Positions 9,110 to 18,063 of a stretch of 42,801 nucleotides of DNA are shown piece after piece. The stretch is from a virus. The position numbers were made by a program, and so were the translations under genes. The notes under the pieces were generated by a model. It made no database searches. It saw nothing but the letters and a program-made list of their open reading frames with translations, and had not been told where the DNA came from. The stretch spans positions 1-42,801 of IMG/VR virus record IMGVR_UViG_3300045988_010248; one strand, written 5' to 3'. Within the stretch, counting starts at the first letter, position 1; every line of letters starts with the position of its first letter.

Positions 9110-10696
9110 TTATTCCATTTGTGATTTAGCTTCCTCAGTAGCAATCTGTGCAGAAGCATCAATACCCTGCTGTTGTGCATACTGTTCCATAGCGGCCTGC
9201 TGTTCTGCCTGAAGTTCCTCAGGGGTCTTCACAAGACCAGTAGCGTCAATATGAGCCGCCGCAAAGATTCTAGTAGCCAAGTTACCTACGTTAAGAGCCT
9301 GAAGGAATTCAGGGAACTGTTGCATAATCTGCAATGCCTGAGCAAGATTGTTAAGATCCTGACCTCTACCAAGAGCGTCAACACCCGTAATAATCGTAGG
9401 TTCAATCTCAGCAATACTCTCATCAAGCACAGGAAGCAAACCCTGAGACTGCATCTGATTAAAGACACAGCCAACAAGAGGATACTGAAGTTCCTGAGAC
9501 AAGAGAGAATAGACACCACCCAAGGTGTCTTCAAGTTCACCTGCGACGTACCTAATCTCTTCTGCGGTAACTCTGTCTCTACCTGCCGCACCGCTCTGAA
9601 CTGCAGAGTTCAAAAGGAATGCGTAAGACAAGCGAGATTCAATCTGCTGTGCCGTAGTCAACACAGTAGACATGTCCATGCTCTTATTCAACTGCATGGG
9701 AATCACGTCTTCCTGTCGCCCCCTAACGAAGGCACCATTCTCAGCCTTAGCCAAGGCTCTGATGTTCGTCTGACAAGCAGGAGAAACCAAATAGAGAACC
9801 TTAGATGCAACCATAGACATCTCTACAATTGCCTTAGAGAGGTTCTCAAGAGAGACCAAGTCACCCAAATAGTCCTCAACGAAGGATCGGCCATAATGTT
9901 CACCATCCTTCTTAGTGAATCGCAAAGGAATCCAAGGAGTCTTACCTGCAGGGTACTGCTGTTCAGAACCTGCAATGACCTCACTTTCGATTTCCTGATA
10001 GGTTTCCCAATGATAACCTTCACCTTCAGCAACCCTGTAGATATGCGTATAAATATCCACCTTCTCATTGAGAGACTGGTCACCAGTTTCAGGGAGCAAG
10101 GATTGAATGTTATCAGGGAGTGAGCCTCTAGCTACAGTGTCCTTAGCAATAATCTGAAGGACATTGCCAATAGCATCTCGCTGTACCACATACTCTCTAA
10201 GGCTATAGCATCTCATACCACCCTCAGCAGGAGGGAGAAACAAGAGAGCATTACCTGCAATGATCAACTGCTTGATTGCTTCAAAGAGAGTAGGTCTGAG
10301 AGATTGAGACTCCATATACTTGACCATCTGCTGTTCCATAAGTGAAAGACCATACTCAATATTGTCCTTCATCTGGGTATCTCCAGATTCATTCAGCATG
10401 ATGGTTGATTCAGAGTCAAGCCCAAGTCTAAAGAAGGGCTGATTCGGAGGCAGAAGAGCTAAGAGAAGCTTAGAGGCAAGATTATTAAGGCCTCTAGCAC
10501 CTACAGAGTTATATGGGGTAGTGTAGTTCGTACCACCATCATCAGATTCCTTAGGGAAAAGCATAGGAATTGTGTAGGTCGCACACTTCTCTGCTCTCTG
10601 AGTATACGGGTCTCGGTCGGTAGTCAGTTTGTCATAGGTAACCTTAGCACCCTCAAGAGGGATGTTACCTGCAGTATGTTCAGTATTAGTTGCCAT
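9110..10696 (-). CDS. Portal (head-tail connector) protein, T7 gp8-like
   Basis: 528 aa (T7 gp8 is about 536 aa), located upstream of the scaffold and capsid genes. Confidence 0.9.
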   Translation of the reverse strand: MATNTEHTAGNIPLEGAKVTYDKLTTDRDPYTQRAEKCATYTIPMLFPKESDDGGTNYTTPYNSVGARGLNNLASKLLLALLPPNQPFFRLGLDSESTIMLNESGDTQMKDNIEYGLSLMEQQMVKYMESQSLRPTLFEAIKQLIIAGNALLFLPPAEGGMRCYSLREYVVQRDAIGNVLQIIAKDTVARGSLPDNIQSLLPETGDQSLNEKVDIYTHIYRVAEGEGYHWETYQEIESEVIAGSEQQYPAGKTPWIPLRFTKKDGEHYGRSFVEDYLGDLVSLENLSKAIVEMSMVASKVLYLVSPACQTNIRALAKAENGAFVRGRQEDVIPMQLNKSMDMSTVLTTAQQIESRLSYAFLLNSAVQSGAAGRDRVTAEEIRYVAGELEDTLGGVYSLLSQELQYPLVGCVFNQMQSQGLLPVLDESIAEIEPTIITGVDALGRGQDLNNLAQALQIMQQFPEFLQALNVGNLATRIFAAAHIDATGLVKTPEELQAEQQAAMEQYAQQQGIDASAQIATEEAKSQME

Positions 10697-10723
10697 TCCA
10701 ACCTTCCATCATAACCCTCCTTG

Positions 10724-10978
10724 TTAGACAATGTTACGGCCTGCACCAGTAGAAGGCGTATCATCCTTGGTAATCTTCAAGGCTTTCTTACCCTTACGAT
10801 ACTTAATCTTGGCAGGTTCTTCCTTCTGCTCAGCTTCACCTTCCTGATTGGTCAGTTCAAGTTCAGGAGCAGGAGTGGGTGACTCAACTGCACCGCCGCC
10901 ACCATAGCCGCCACGGTAAGCACCAAAACTAGCAACCTTAGCCACCTTCTTAAAGGCTTTCTTAATCGAGAATCCCAT
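10724..10978 (-). CDS. Small virion protein, T7 gp7.3-like
   Basis: 84 aa with a Lys-rich N-terminus, a Gly run, and a C-terminal KGKKALKI...GAGRNIV. This resembles the T7 gp7.3 C-terminus (GGKKSLSV...GGGINI). It is a paralogue of 11472..11663. Confidence 0.6.
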   Translation of the reverse strand: MGFSIKKAFKKVAKVASFGAYRGGYGGGGAVESPTPAPELELTNQEGEAEQKEEPAKIKYRKGKKALKITKDDTPSTGAGRNIV

Positions 10979-11506
10979 TTAAATTTCCTTATAAAATGTT
11001 TTGTATGAAGAATAACCTAGGTGTTTCTCATAGGTATTCTCCAACATCTTTCTATTAGGGAGATTCGCATTAGAGAACATTACCAGTTTAAAACCTTTAT
11101 CTTTGGCAACCTTTTCTAAGACATACGCCAAGGCTCTAGCTAAACCAACACCTCGCTTAAAAGCTACAGTGCATTCTTCGTTAATAACTCGGATACTCGT
11201 AGGTGCATACCAAGGACTCCCCCAAGACACTAGGGATGCACCCACGAGTTCCATATCCTTATCGTAGCAACTGAGTACACAGTAACCACTATCATCTTCT
11301 GATAAGACAATCTGCTTTAGAAAATCATAGACAATATGCTTACTAGAATACTTAGAGACAAACGGAAGGGAATTAGGATTGTATTTAATCAGCTCAATTC
11401 CCTTGTCAAAAATATAATCTAAGATCTTAATGTCTTCTTTACCTTTTAAGACACAAATCTTATAGACCTTACTAGAGGGGATTAGTCCCTCGTGCAGAAC
11501 CAACAT
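10979..11506 (-). CDS. GNAT-family N-acetyltransferase (putative)
   Basis: ATG at 11506 preceded by AAGGA; the track ORF starts 6 nt earlier at TTG. RGVGLARAL fits GNAT motif A (R/Q-x-x-G-x-G/A) and is followed by an FSNAN beta-strand region. It occupies the T7 gene 7 slot. Confidence 0.6.
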   Translation of the reverse strand: MLVLHEGLIPSSKVYKICVLKGKEDIKILDYIFDKGIELIKYNPNSLPFVSKYSSKHIVYDFLKQIVLSEDDSGYCVLSCYDKDMELVGASLVSWGSPWYAPTSIRVINEECTVAFKRGVGLARALAYVLEKVAKDKGFKLVMFSNANLPNRKMLENTYEKHLGYSSYKTFYKEI

Positions 11507-11663
11507 AGTCAATCCTTAAGGCTTTCTTTCCCTTATTCTTTTTGCGTTCTTCAGATTCCTCAGCCCCAAGCTCAGGTGCCTCAGGCTCAAGAACAGGGTT
11601 CTCAATAGCAGGAGCATTGACCTTAATGTCAGGAGTCTTAGGCTTCTTAAAAAGAGCCCCCAT
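11472..11663 (-). CDS. Small virion protein, T7 gp6.7-like
   Basis: 63 aa. FKKPKTPDIKVNAPAIENPVLEP resembles the T7 gp6.7 N-terminus. The C-terminus is KGKKALRI...GTNPL. GGAG RBS. Confidence 0.55.
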   Translation of the reverse strand: MGALFKKPKTPDIKVNAPAIENPVLEPEAPELGAEESEERKKNKGKKALRIDYVGSARGTNPL

Positions 11664-11678
11664 AGTTAGCTATCTCCA

Positions 11679-11873
11679 TTAATTAGTTTGTTTATTATAA
11701 TGATCTTCAAGATAAGAGATAACCTGTTGGATACCCATAAGGAGATTACGGTCATCAGAGTACCAAATCATCTTACGGATATCGAAGTCCTTCTGGATTC
11801 TCTCAAGGAGCTCCTTAGGAATGTACGGGAAATCTTCATCAATATCAACCACGTTATTGTTATCAAGTTCCAT
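11679..11873 (-). CDS. Hypothetical protein (T7 gene 6.5 slot)
   Basis: 64-aa ORF, the first gene after the variant phage promoter at 11888-11910. Confidence 0.5.
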   Translation of the reverse strand: MELDNNNVVDIDEDFPYIPKELLERIQKDFDIRKMIWYSDDRNLLMGIQQVISYLEDHYNKQTN

Positions 11874-11887
11874 AGTGTATGTGTTCC

Positions 11888-11910
11888 TTAGTCTACTAGG
11901 GGATACTAAT
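11888..11910 (-). promoter_or_regulatory. Variant phage-RNAP promoter (late/class III-like)
   Basis: The minus-sense sequence ATTAGTATCCCCTAGTAGACTAA aligns without gaps to the consensus ATTAGTGTACGCTAGTAGAGAGA with about 6 mismatches. It is intergenic between the exonuclease gene and the virion module. Confidence 0.5.
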
Positions 11911-11929
11911 TAAAATTTGTCTTGTTGTA

Positions 11930-12709
11930 TTAGGAGTACATTTTGGGGTTGTACAGAGGAGGGATCTCACCTTCAGTGAACCTAAGGAAGTCCTCCTTAC
12001 GGAGAATCCTAGCCATCGTACACTGCAGAATAGCATCGTCTTCAGTAAGCCCCTGCTTCTCATAAGCCTTGACCACAGCATCCCAATAGGACTCCACAGG
12101 AGTAGCATCAAGGAGCCTCTTAGCCTTTACAGGGCCATACGTAGGACATCCCTTATAGCCATCCGTAGTGTCACCAATGAGAGTCTGATACATGAGCCAA
12201 TACTTTGATTCGTCCTCAGTAATGTCTTTAAATTCACCTCTACCAAAGTCAAAGAATTTAGACGGAATAGTCTTAAAATCCTTATCCATAGACACAATAA
12301 TAGCGTCTTTATAGGTAGTAGCATAAATACCAATTACATCATCAGCCTCAAGATATTTAATGGGTTTAATTACGATATATTCGGAGTTATTATAAACCCA
12401 TTCAACCAAGGCTTTATAACAGGTAGGCTTTCGGGAATTCCTTCGATTACTCTTATATTCAGGAAGATAATGCTTTCTAAAATTATCCTCATCAGAGAAG
12501 AAAAACATCATATCTGAAATAGAATAATCTTCAAGAGTGGTTTCCTTTAGGGCAAACAAAATGTTATCCAAAAGATTCCTAAACTGCTCAACGGCATCCT
12601 CAAGGTAAGCATGACAAGTCCAAAGACCATCACCCCAGTCGATGTCCTTTTGGACACTAGAGGATGCCTTATAGGCAAGGATATCTCCGTCAATCAATAG
12701 CTTGGCCAT
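11930..12709 (-). CDS. 5'-3' exonuclease (T7 gp6-like, FEN/PIN-type)
   Basis: ATG at 12709 with an AAGGA RBS. MAKLLIDGDILAYK is a typical start for a 5' nuclease. The gene lies after DNAP, as in T7. Confidence 0.8.
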   Translation of the reverse strand: MAKLLIDGDILAYKASSSVQKDIDWGDGLWTCHAYLEDAVEQFRNLLDNILFALKETTLEDYSISDMMFFFSDEDNFRKHYLPEYKSNRRNSRKPTCYKALVEWVYNNSEYIVIKPIKYLEADDVIGIYATTYKDAIIVSMDKDFKTIPSKFFDFGRGEFKDITEDESKYWLMYQTLIGDTTDGYKGCPTYGPVKAKRLLDATPVESYWDAVVKAYEKQGLTEDDAILQCTMARILRKEDFLRFTEGEIPPLYNPKMYS

Positions 12710-12914
12710 AGTAGATATCCTTATGGTAGTTATAGAGCTCAAGACCTTCAGTAGTCAGGTGCCACTTGTTGGTAGGCTTACCAAAGCAGAAGCACGTAAT
12801 GTGACCACGAGATGCCGCCTCAGCTACAAGCTTAGCTTTGTATCGACAGAAATCAGACTGAAGCTTAGGGGTATGAGCGTCAATATACCCAAGGAACATA
12901 AGATACTTGTGCAT
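12690..12914 (-). CDS. Hypothetical protein
   Basis: 74-aa ORF. It overlaps the neighbouring genes by 1 and 20 nt. Confidence 0.45.
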   Translation of the reverse strand: MHKYLMFLGYIDAHTPKLQSDFCRYKAKLVAEAASRGHITCFCFGKPTNKWHLTTEGLELYNYHKDIYYGQAID

Positions 12915-13117
12915 TATTCGTAGTCCTCCTCATCGTCACCCCAGTCGTAACCAGTCTCAAGCTCAATGTTGACATCCTTAAGTGCTTCAATAATAGCCTC
13001 TTCAGTAGTCGTGTCATAGAGCTCACGGACTCCATTAGGAGTCTCCAGACGGGCATTAAGGTAACTCCCGTCCTCATCTCGTTCGTACCAGAAAATAATC
13101 TTAATCTTTTTAGCCAT
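12914..13117 (-). CDS. Hypothetical acidic protein
   Basis: 67-aa ORF directly after DNAP, with an acidic C-terminus (DWGDDEEDYE). Confidence 0.5.
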   Translation of the reverse strand: MAKKIKIIFWYERDEDGSYLNARLETPNGVRELYDTTTEEAIIEALKDVNIELETGYDWGDDEEDYE

Positions 13118-13126
13118 AATTACTCC

Positions 13127-15043
13127 TTAGTGGCAAGAATACCAGTTATCTCCAATTTTACCTTCAGTATCCAACTGACAATTAAACTTAAAGAACTCCT
13201 GAGTCTGTCTCATAGACTCCTGAGCAATTCGTACACAGTCTTCTGCAATCTCTTTGGTTCTGCAGGCAACCTGTACTTCATCATGCACCCAAGCCATCAT
13301 GGCAAAGTCTCCGTCCCAACCATGCTTGTAGCCTGCTTTACGCATATTCTCCTCAACAAGGCACACCCACTTCTTACAAATTAGGGCACCTGCAGACTGC
13401 AGGATAGTGTTCAGAGCCGAGTGAGGGCTTCGCACATAAACAAGGCGGCGATCAAGCCCAAGAATATGATGAGAAATATTAAGAGTAGGGCAATCAGGGT
13501 GGACACGTTTCTTCCATTTTACTTTTTGAGTATTACCAATCCATTCGGAAGACTCAACAAGAGCCTTTTCGATGGAGCTACAGAGCTTCTTATATGCAGG
13601 TACAGCCTTAAAGAACCTTTCCTTAAGAGCCTTACCGTCCTTAGCAGTCCCGTTGATGACAGCCCCAAGCTTACCATCACCACCACCATAGAGCATACAG
13701 TAGATCATGGTCTTAGCTTGGTCTCTAGTAGGAAGCCCTGCCATCTTCTGATTATGGGTGTGAATGTCGCCCTCAAGGATTTCCTTTATGTAAGCCCCGT
13801 TGTCAAAAGGATACAGAAAAGACCCAAAACAACGAAGTTCGAGACCAGAAGCGTCGATACCTGCCTCAAACCAGCCTTCAGGTACTGTGAACAGAGACCT
13901 ACACTCCTTACCATATGGAGACCTTCCTGCAGGTACCTGTGCAACATTAGGATATGAATGAGTTGCACGACCAGTAACAGCCCCATTAGGATTGACAGAA
14001 CCATGAATTCTGTAGTAACCATCTTCATCCTCAACCATCAGTTTAAGCCAAGCATTGTCACCCTCAGCAAGCTGTGCAATACGCTTGTTAATCAGCAGGT
14101 ACTCAAGGATCTTAGGTGTCAGTGAGATACCCATAGCAGACTGCAGGGTATCTTCATCAACCTTAGGAGCACCCGTAGGTGTAACCTCAGTAGGTTCCCA
14201 ACCTCTTTCCATAAGAACCTTAGCGATATGGCTACGAGAGTTGGGATTAAAGGTAACCTCTTCATATTGAGGGTAAGGAACACCTGCCTTAATGCCCCTC
14301 TTAGCATTATCTCGCTTGTAGATCTTGTCTCCCTTGTAGACAGTCCAAGGACCTACCTCAGAGACAAGGCTATCATAGATCTCCTGCCTCTTAGCTGAGA
14401 GTTCAGCATAGAGCTTTACTGCCGCATCTTTATCAAAGACAAACCCATTACGCTCCTGCTTAGCCATAACCCAAGCAATGTCATGCTCAAGCTGAATAGC
14501 CTTCAAAGGGTAACCCTTAGACATCAGCTTATTGAAGAGCTTAAGGGTAACCACAACGTCCTGCTTGTTGTACTCATACATCTCAGGAGTGAACTTGTCC
14601 CATGCGTCCTCTTGTTCACCGTAGGTGCCCTTAAGCTCACCCATGCGGTAACCATAAGCCTTCAAGCTATGGGAACCATAGAGAGCCTTAGGGAGCTTTC
14701 CAGTACGCATAAGACCAACGTCAGTGTCCTTGATGTTCGAATAGATCAGACGAGCAAGCACAAGAGTGTCAATACAGACATCTCGAACATCAAACTCAAA
14801 CCTCTCACCCTTGAGCTTCTTAAGAGCAGGGATGTCGAATTTGCAGATATTGTGACCGACGATGTTGTACCCACTAGTACCATACTTATTCAGGGCATCA
14901 AAGAACTCATCAAGATCAGTGTAGCCAGTGTACAAATCAGTATAGGAGTCGTACAACCAACCACACCAAAACCTCTTGGTCGTATCAAGCAACCCATCAG
15001 TTTCAATATCGAATACAATATATTTGTCTTTAATTGTCAGCAT
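13127..15043 (-). CDS. DNA polymerase (family A, T7 gp5-like)
   Basis: 638 aa. It contains exo motif IVFDIETDGL, motif A DASGLELRC, motif B RDQAKTMIYCMLYGGG and motif C WVHDEVQV. Confidence 0.95.
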   Translation of the reverse strand: MLTIKDKYIVFDIETDGLLDTTKRFWCGWLYDSYTDLYTGYTDLDEFFDALNKYGTSGYNIVGHNICKFDIPALKKLKGERFEFDVRDVCIDTLVLARLIYSNIKDTDVGLMRTGKLPKALYGSHSLKAYGYRMGELKGTYGEQEDAWDKFTPEMYEYNKQDVVVTLKLFNKLMSKGYPLKAIQLEHDIAWVMAKQERNGFVFDKDAAVKLYAELSAKRQEIYDSLVSEVGPWTVYKGDKIYKRDNAKRGIKAGVPYPQYEEVTFNPNSRSHIAKVLMERGWEPTEVTPTGAPKVDEDTLQSAMGISLTPKILEYLLINKRIAQLAEGDNAWLKLMVEDEDGYYRIHGSVNPNGAVTGRATHSYPNVAQVPAGRSPYGKECRSLFTVPEGWFEAGIDASGLELRCFGSFLYPFDNGAYIKEILEGDIHTHNQKMAGLPTRDQAKTMIYCMLYGGGDGKLGAVINGTAKDGKALKERFFKAVPAYKKLCSSIEKALVESSEWIGNTQKVKWKKRVHPDCPTLNISHHILGLDRRLVYVRSPHSALNTILQSAGALICKKWVCLVEENMRKAGYKHGWDGDFAMMAWVHDEVQVACRTKEIAEDCVRIAQESMRQTQEFFKFNCQLDTEGKIGDNWYSCH

Positions 15044-15076
15044 TTTCTATTCCTTAAATAGCTTTGCTAAAAGATC

Positions 15077-15331
15077 CTACAGGAACACCAAAAGGAAAGC
15101 TACTGTAATAAAGATCACCCACAGGGCAATCACGTAGATCTTGAATACCAGAAAACTTAGGTCTCTGTACTCAGCAGAATACTCATGCTTAGCGGCTAGA
15201 AGCACAGGGGCAATAGGAAGCAACAGGAGTGTCCAAAAGCATGAGAGGACACGATCCGCAAGAGACATGTCCTTGTCGTAATACCAAAAAGTAAGTGGGG
15301 AAATAAACTCTTTAAAACTCATTTTCTTCAT
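15077..15331 (-). CDS. Small multi-pass membrane protein, function unknown
   Basis: ATG at 15331 or 15322 overlaps the helicase stop. There are about 3 hydrophobic segments. The longer track ORF (to 15406) overlaps the helicase coding sequence. Confidence 0.5.
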   Translation of the reverse strand: MKKMSFKEFISPLTFWYYDKDMSLADRVLSCFWTLLLLPIAPVLLAAKHEYSAEYRDLSFLVFKIYVIALWVIFITVAFLLVFL

Positions 15332-16946
15332 CCTCAAAAGGACATTCAGGATCTGCCTCATAATCAGAGAGCCTACCAGTGTCCTGATCATAGTAAAGGT
15401 GGCCACTCACCCCAGTGTCACCACTGAAGCGGTTCTTAAGGACTCTAAGAGTCAACACATTGGGATTGTCGCCCTGTTGATTTCTCTCAAGGCCAATCAC
15501 CATGTCAGAGAGCTGTGCAATAGCTCCAGACCCTCTAAGTTGACTAAGGGATACCTGTGCCCCCTCTTCGTGTCCCTTCTTCTCAGGACGCTTAAGGTGA
15601 GACACTACGAACATGGTAGCCCCAGTCTCTTCCACAAGGGAACGGAGGTTTGTCATAAGCTTGTCAATTGCTTTACGTTCACCGCCGTCCTCATCGGTAT
15701 CCATGCCAGAGACCACGATGGAGATATGGTCAAGGAAGATACGCTTGCATCCTAGGGACACAATCATGTATCTAAGCTTGCTAAGCAGATTGCCTGAATC
15801 AAGAGACCCAAAGTGGTCGTACAGGAAGAAGTTTCCGTTTCCAATAGTCTCCGAAAAAGCGCGGCTTCGCTCGTCTTCATCTGCACATTCAGGATTGAGT
15901 ATGAGTCGCTTGCTAAGATGAATTGACATGAGTTCCATCCCAGTTTTGCGAGTAGATTCTTCAAGAGCAACGATTCCGCATAGTTCTCCCCTGTGAACGC
16001 CAAAGTAGTATTCGAGTTCTCTGAGAATTGTGGACTTGCCCATACCACTTCCACTTGTGAAGACATACAGTTCACCATGTCTAGCTCCTTTAGTTTTGTT
16101 CTGAAGTGCAACCCAAGGGTACTCTACAGAATCCTTCAGGTCATCAATATCGGTAACACACTTCTCATACAAGTCTGTACCCGCAACAATCCCATCAGGT
16201 CTATAAGGCTTTGCATTCCAGATAGCCTGAATGACCTCACTGCCCTTACCCTCAAGAAGGCACTCATTAGGATCCTTCAAGGGAAGATTAGCAATGAAAG
16301 CTTTACCTGCAGGGAGAACCTTAGCACACTCTTCACAAGCCTTACGACCAGGTTCGTCCATGTCAAACATAAGAACGACTTCTTCAAACTTATCCAGATA
16401 TTCTAGATTAGCTTCAATAGCCTTCTTAGCCGCTTGAGCACCATTAGGGATGCTCACAACAGGCCATTTGTTTGACTGGAGCTGACTCACAGTAAGACAA
16501 TCAATCTCACCTTCAGTAATCACAATCTTCTTACCAGAAGACCACAGCTGAGAACCGAAGAGGTGATTAGCGATCTTACCAAGTACAGCAAAGGACTTGT
16601 CAGGGAACCTAAGCTTCTGACCTACGATGTTACCATTGTCATCATAGTAGTTGGCTACTTGACAGGGAGTACCCTTGTAGTCTCCTACCATGTACTTGAA
16701 CTTGGAACAAGTGTCTTGATTGATCTTCCTTGCAGAAAGATAGGACACATCAAGATCATCAAGGGGAATACATTCCTTACACACAACACTCTCCTTTTGT
16801 TGGATTACTTTCCCATCAGCTCTAAAATACGAATTACAAGAATAACAATACCTATGGCCATCACTAAAGACTCCACAGGCGTCAGAGGAACCACACTTAG
16901 GACAAGACTCATGATAAAGGAACGTACTCTCTTGATAATCTTTCAT
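15312..16946 (-). CDS. Bifunctional primase-helicase (T7 gp4-like)
   Basis: Starts at MKDYQESTFLYHESCPKCGSSDACGVFSDGHRYCYSC (Zn finger as in T7 gp4). Walker A is SGSGMGKST. The track ORF begins at an upstream TTG inside thyX. Confidence 0.95.
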   Translation of the reverse strand: MKDYQESTFLYHESCPKCGSSDACGVFSDGHRYCYSCNSYFRADGKVIQQKESVVCKECIPLDDLDVSYLSARKINQDTCSKFKYMVGDYKGTPCQVANYYDDNGNIVGQKLRFPDKSFAVLGKIANHLFGSQLWSSGKKIVITEGEIDCLTVSQLQSNKWPVVSIPNGAQAAKKAIEANLEYLDKFEEVVLMFDMDEPGRKACEECAKVLPAGKAFIANLPLKDPNECLLEGKGSEVIQAIWNAKPYRPDGIVAGTDLYEKCVTDIDDLKDSVEYPWVALQNKTKGARHGELYVFTSGSGMGKSTILRELEYYFGVHRGELCGIVALEESTRKTGMELMSIHLSKRLILNPECADEDERSRAFSETIGNGNFFLYDHFGSLDSGNLLSKLRYMIVSLGCKRIFLDHISIVVSGMDTDEDGGERKAIDKLMTNLRSLVEETGATMFVVSHLKRPEKKGHEEGAQVSLSQLRGSGAIAQLSDMVIGLERNQQGDNPNVLTLRVLKNRFSGDTGVSGHLYYDQDTGRLSDYEADPECPFEDEENEF

Positions 16947-16948
16947 TT

Positions 16949-17821
16949 TTACAACAGGTAGTTTTCTACGAGATACCGAAGGCTCTTCCAACCGTTCAGA
17001 TTAGCATACTTGCGGTAATCAGGATCTTGAATGCAAGCATGCTCCATAGGAGACAAATGCCTGCCCTCATAGAGGTGATCGTACAGCTTCATATCCTTCT
17101 CAAGGTTAGGCTTAGAACCATCATGATTATTATAGCTCACTCGGGCACATCGTGCGGCAGAGATCTTCATAAGCTGACGGTAGTTATCCTTACCAATCTC
17201 CTTAATGTCCTCATCAGTGATGTACGGAAGGGACACGATAGTATGCACCTTATCTGCACCCATGCGAGCAAAGATATCAGGGCAGTCCTTACGAGGAATG
17301 CTAACCTCAAGAACACCTACTTCCTTGTTACGGTAACGATCCATCTCATCATAGATGACTCTTGCAAGCTGTCGGATTTCAGGCTGTGCATCAGGTGCAA
17401 GCCTAAGGGCAAAGAAGTTGTACCACTCAGTGGCAGTAACGATCACCTTAATGAACTGGAAGGGTTCAAGAATGCGGTTGACGTGTTGCTTATGGATACC
17501 CAAGCGTTCCATCATCTCAGCAGTCTTGCAGGCATTATCTGCGGCTTCCTTCCAAAGAACATGGAAGGCAGTAGTAGTAACTTCATCAGCCTCAGTCTCA
17601 CCTACCATACCCTTCTGATTCATGAAGACCTTAGGAGGCATCACAGGGTTCTCTCGCACCTGTTCAATCACACGCCTCACAGGGATAGCACGTGAGCTAC
17701 TGGCATTACGTGAGAAGACACGATGTGTCATGAACTCACTGTGGATATATCGAGGATAAGTCAACTCGAAAGTCCACAGGTTTTCATAATGGACAAGACA
17801 CTTAGCAGTACAAATATTCAT
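16949..17821 (-). CDS. thyX: Flavin-dependent thymidylate synthase
   Basis: 290 aa. HRVFSRNASSSRAIP matches the ThyX signature (R)HRxxSxxxxSxR. Confidence 0.85.
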   Translation of the reverse strand: MNICTAKCLVHYENLWTFELTYPRYIHSEFMTHRVFSRNASSSRAIPVRRVIEQVRENPVMPPKVFMNQKGMVGETEADEVTTTAFHVLWKEAADNACKTAEMMERLGIHKQHVNRILEPFQFIKVIVTATEWYNFFALRLAPDAQPEIRQLARVIYDEMDRYRNKEVGVLEVSIPRKDCPDIFARMGADKVHTIVSLPYITDEDIKEIGKDNYRQLMKISAARCARVSYNNHDGSKPNLEKDMKLYDHLYEGRHLSPMEHACIQDPDYRKYANLNGWKSLRYLVENYLL

Positions 17822-17952
17822 TCTTCATCGTCCTCATCGTCGTCATCTTCCTCGTCTTCTTCATCAAGAGATTCAAGATACTCCTGATACTCGTCCTCCC
17901 AACGAGCTTCCCAATCAGATTCCATTCGATCAAGTTCCTTCTGAGTTTGCAT
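17818..17952 (-). CDS. Very acidic 44-aa protein
   Basis: An internal ATG at 17952 gives MQTQKELDRMESDWEARWEDEYQEYLESLDEEDEEDDDDEDDEE. The stop forms an ATGA overlap with the thyX start. The longer track ORF reads through the tRNA-Leu gene. Confidence 0.45.
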   Translation of the reverse strand: MQTQKELDRMESDWEARWEDEYQEYLESLDEEDEEDDDDEDDEE

Positions 17953-17978
17953 ATAAGCCTCTGTTTTAAGTAAAAAAT

Positions 17979-18063
17979 TGGTAGGTCGAAGGGGATTCGA
18001 ACCCCTATGCTCTAGGCGGCACATTTTAAGTGTGCTGAGTCTCACCAATTTCTCCATCGACCC
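17979..18063 (-). tRNA. tRNA-Leu (anticodon UAA), class II, CCA encoded
   Basis: Hand-folded, 85 nt. Acceptor GGGTCGA/TCGACCT (G1.U72); anticodon arm GCACA-CTTAAAA-TGTGC; long variable arm; T arm AGGGG-TTCGAAT-CCCCT; then A-CCA. Confidence 0.9.

Noticed and set aside
8462-10123. Long plus-strand ORFs in the track (for example 8462..9124, 9173..10123, 13421..13957, 17027..17695, 33047..33925, 37526..38329).
   Set aside because: All lie antisense to minus-strand genes with clear homology or motifs. They lack RBSs and have low-complexity, Leu/Ser/Arg-rich translations typical of antisense frames. No plus-strand gene is supported anywhere in the window.
17818-18057. 79-aa ORF as given in the track.
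   Set aside because: Its first 35 codons are simply the tRNA-Leu gene read as protein. An internal ATG at 17952, just downstream of the tRNA 3' end, gives the plausible 44-aa product.
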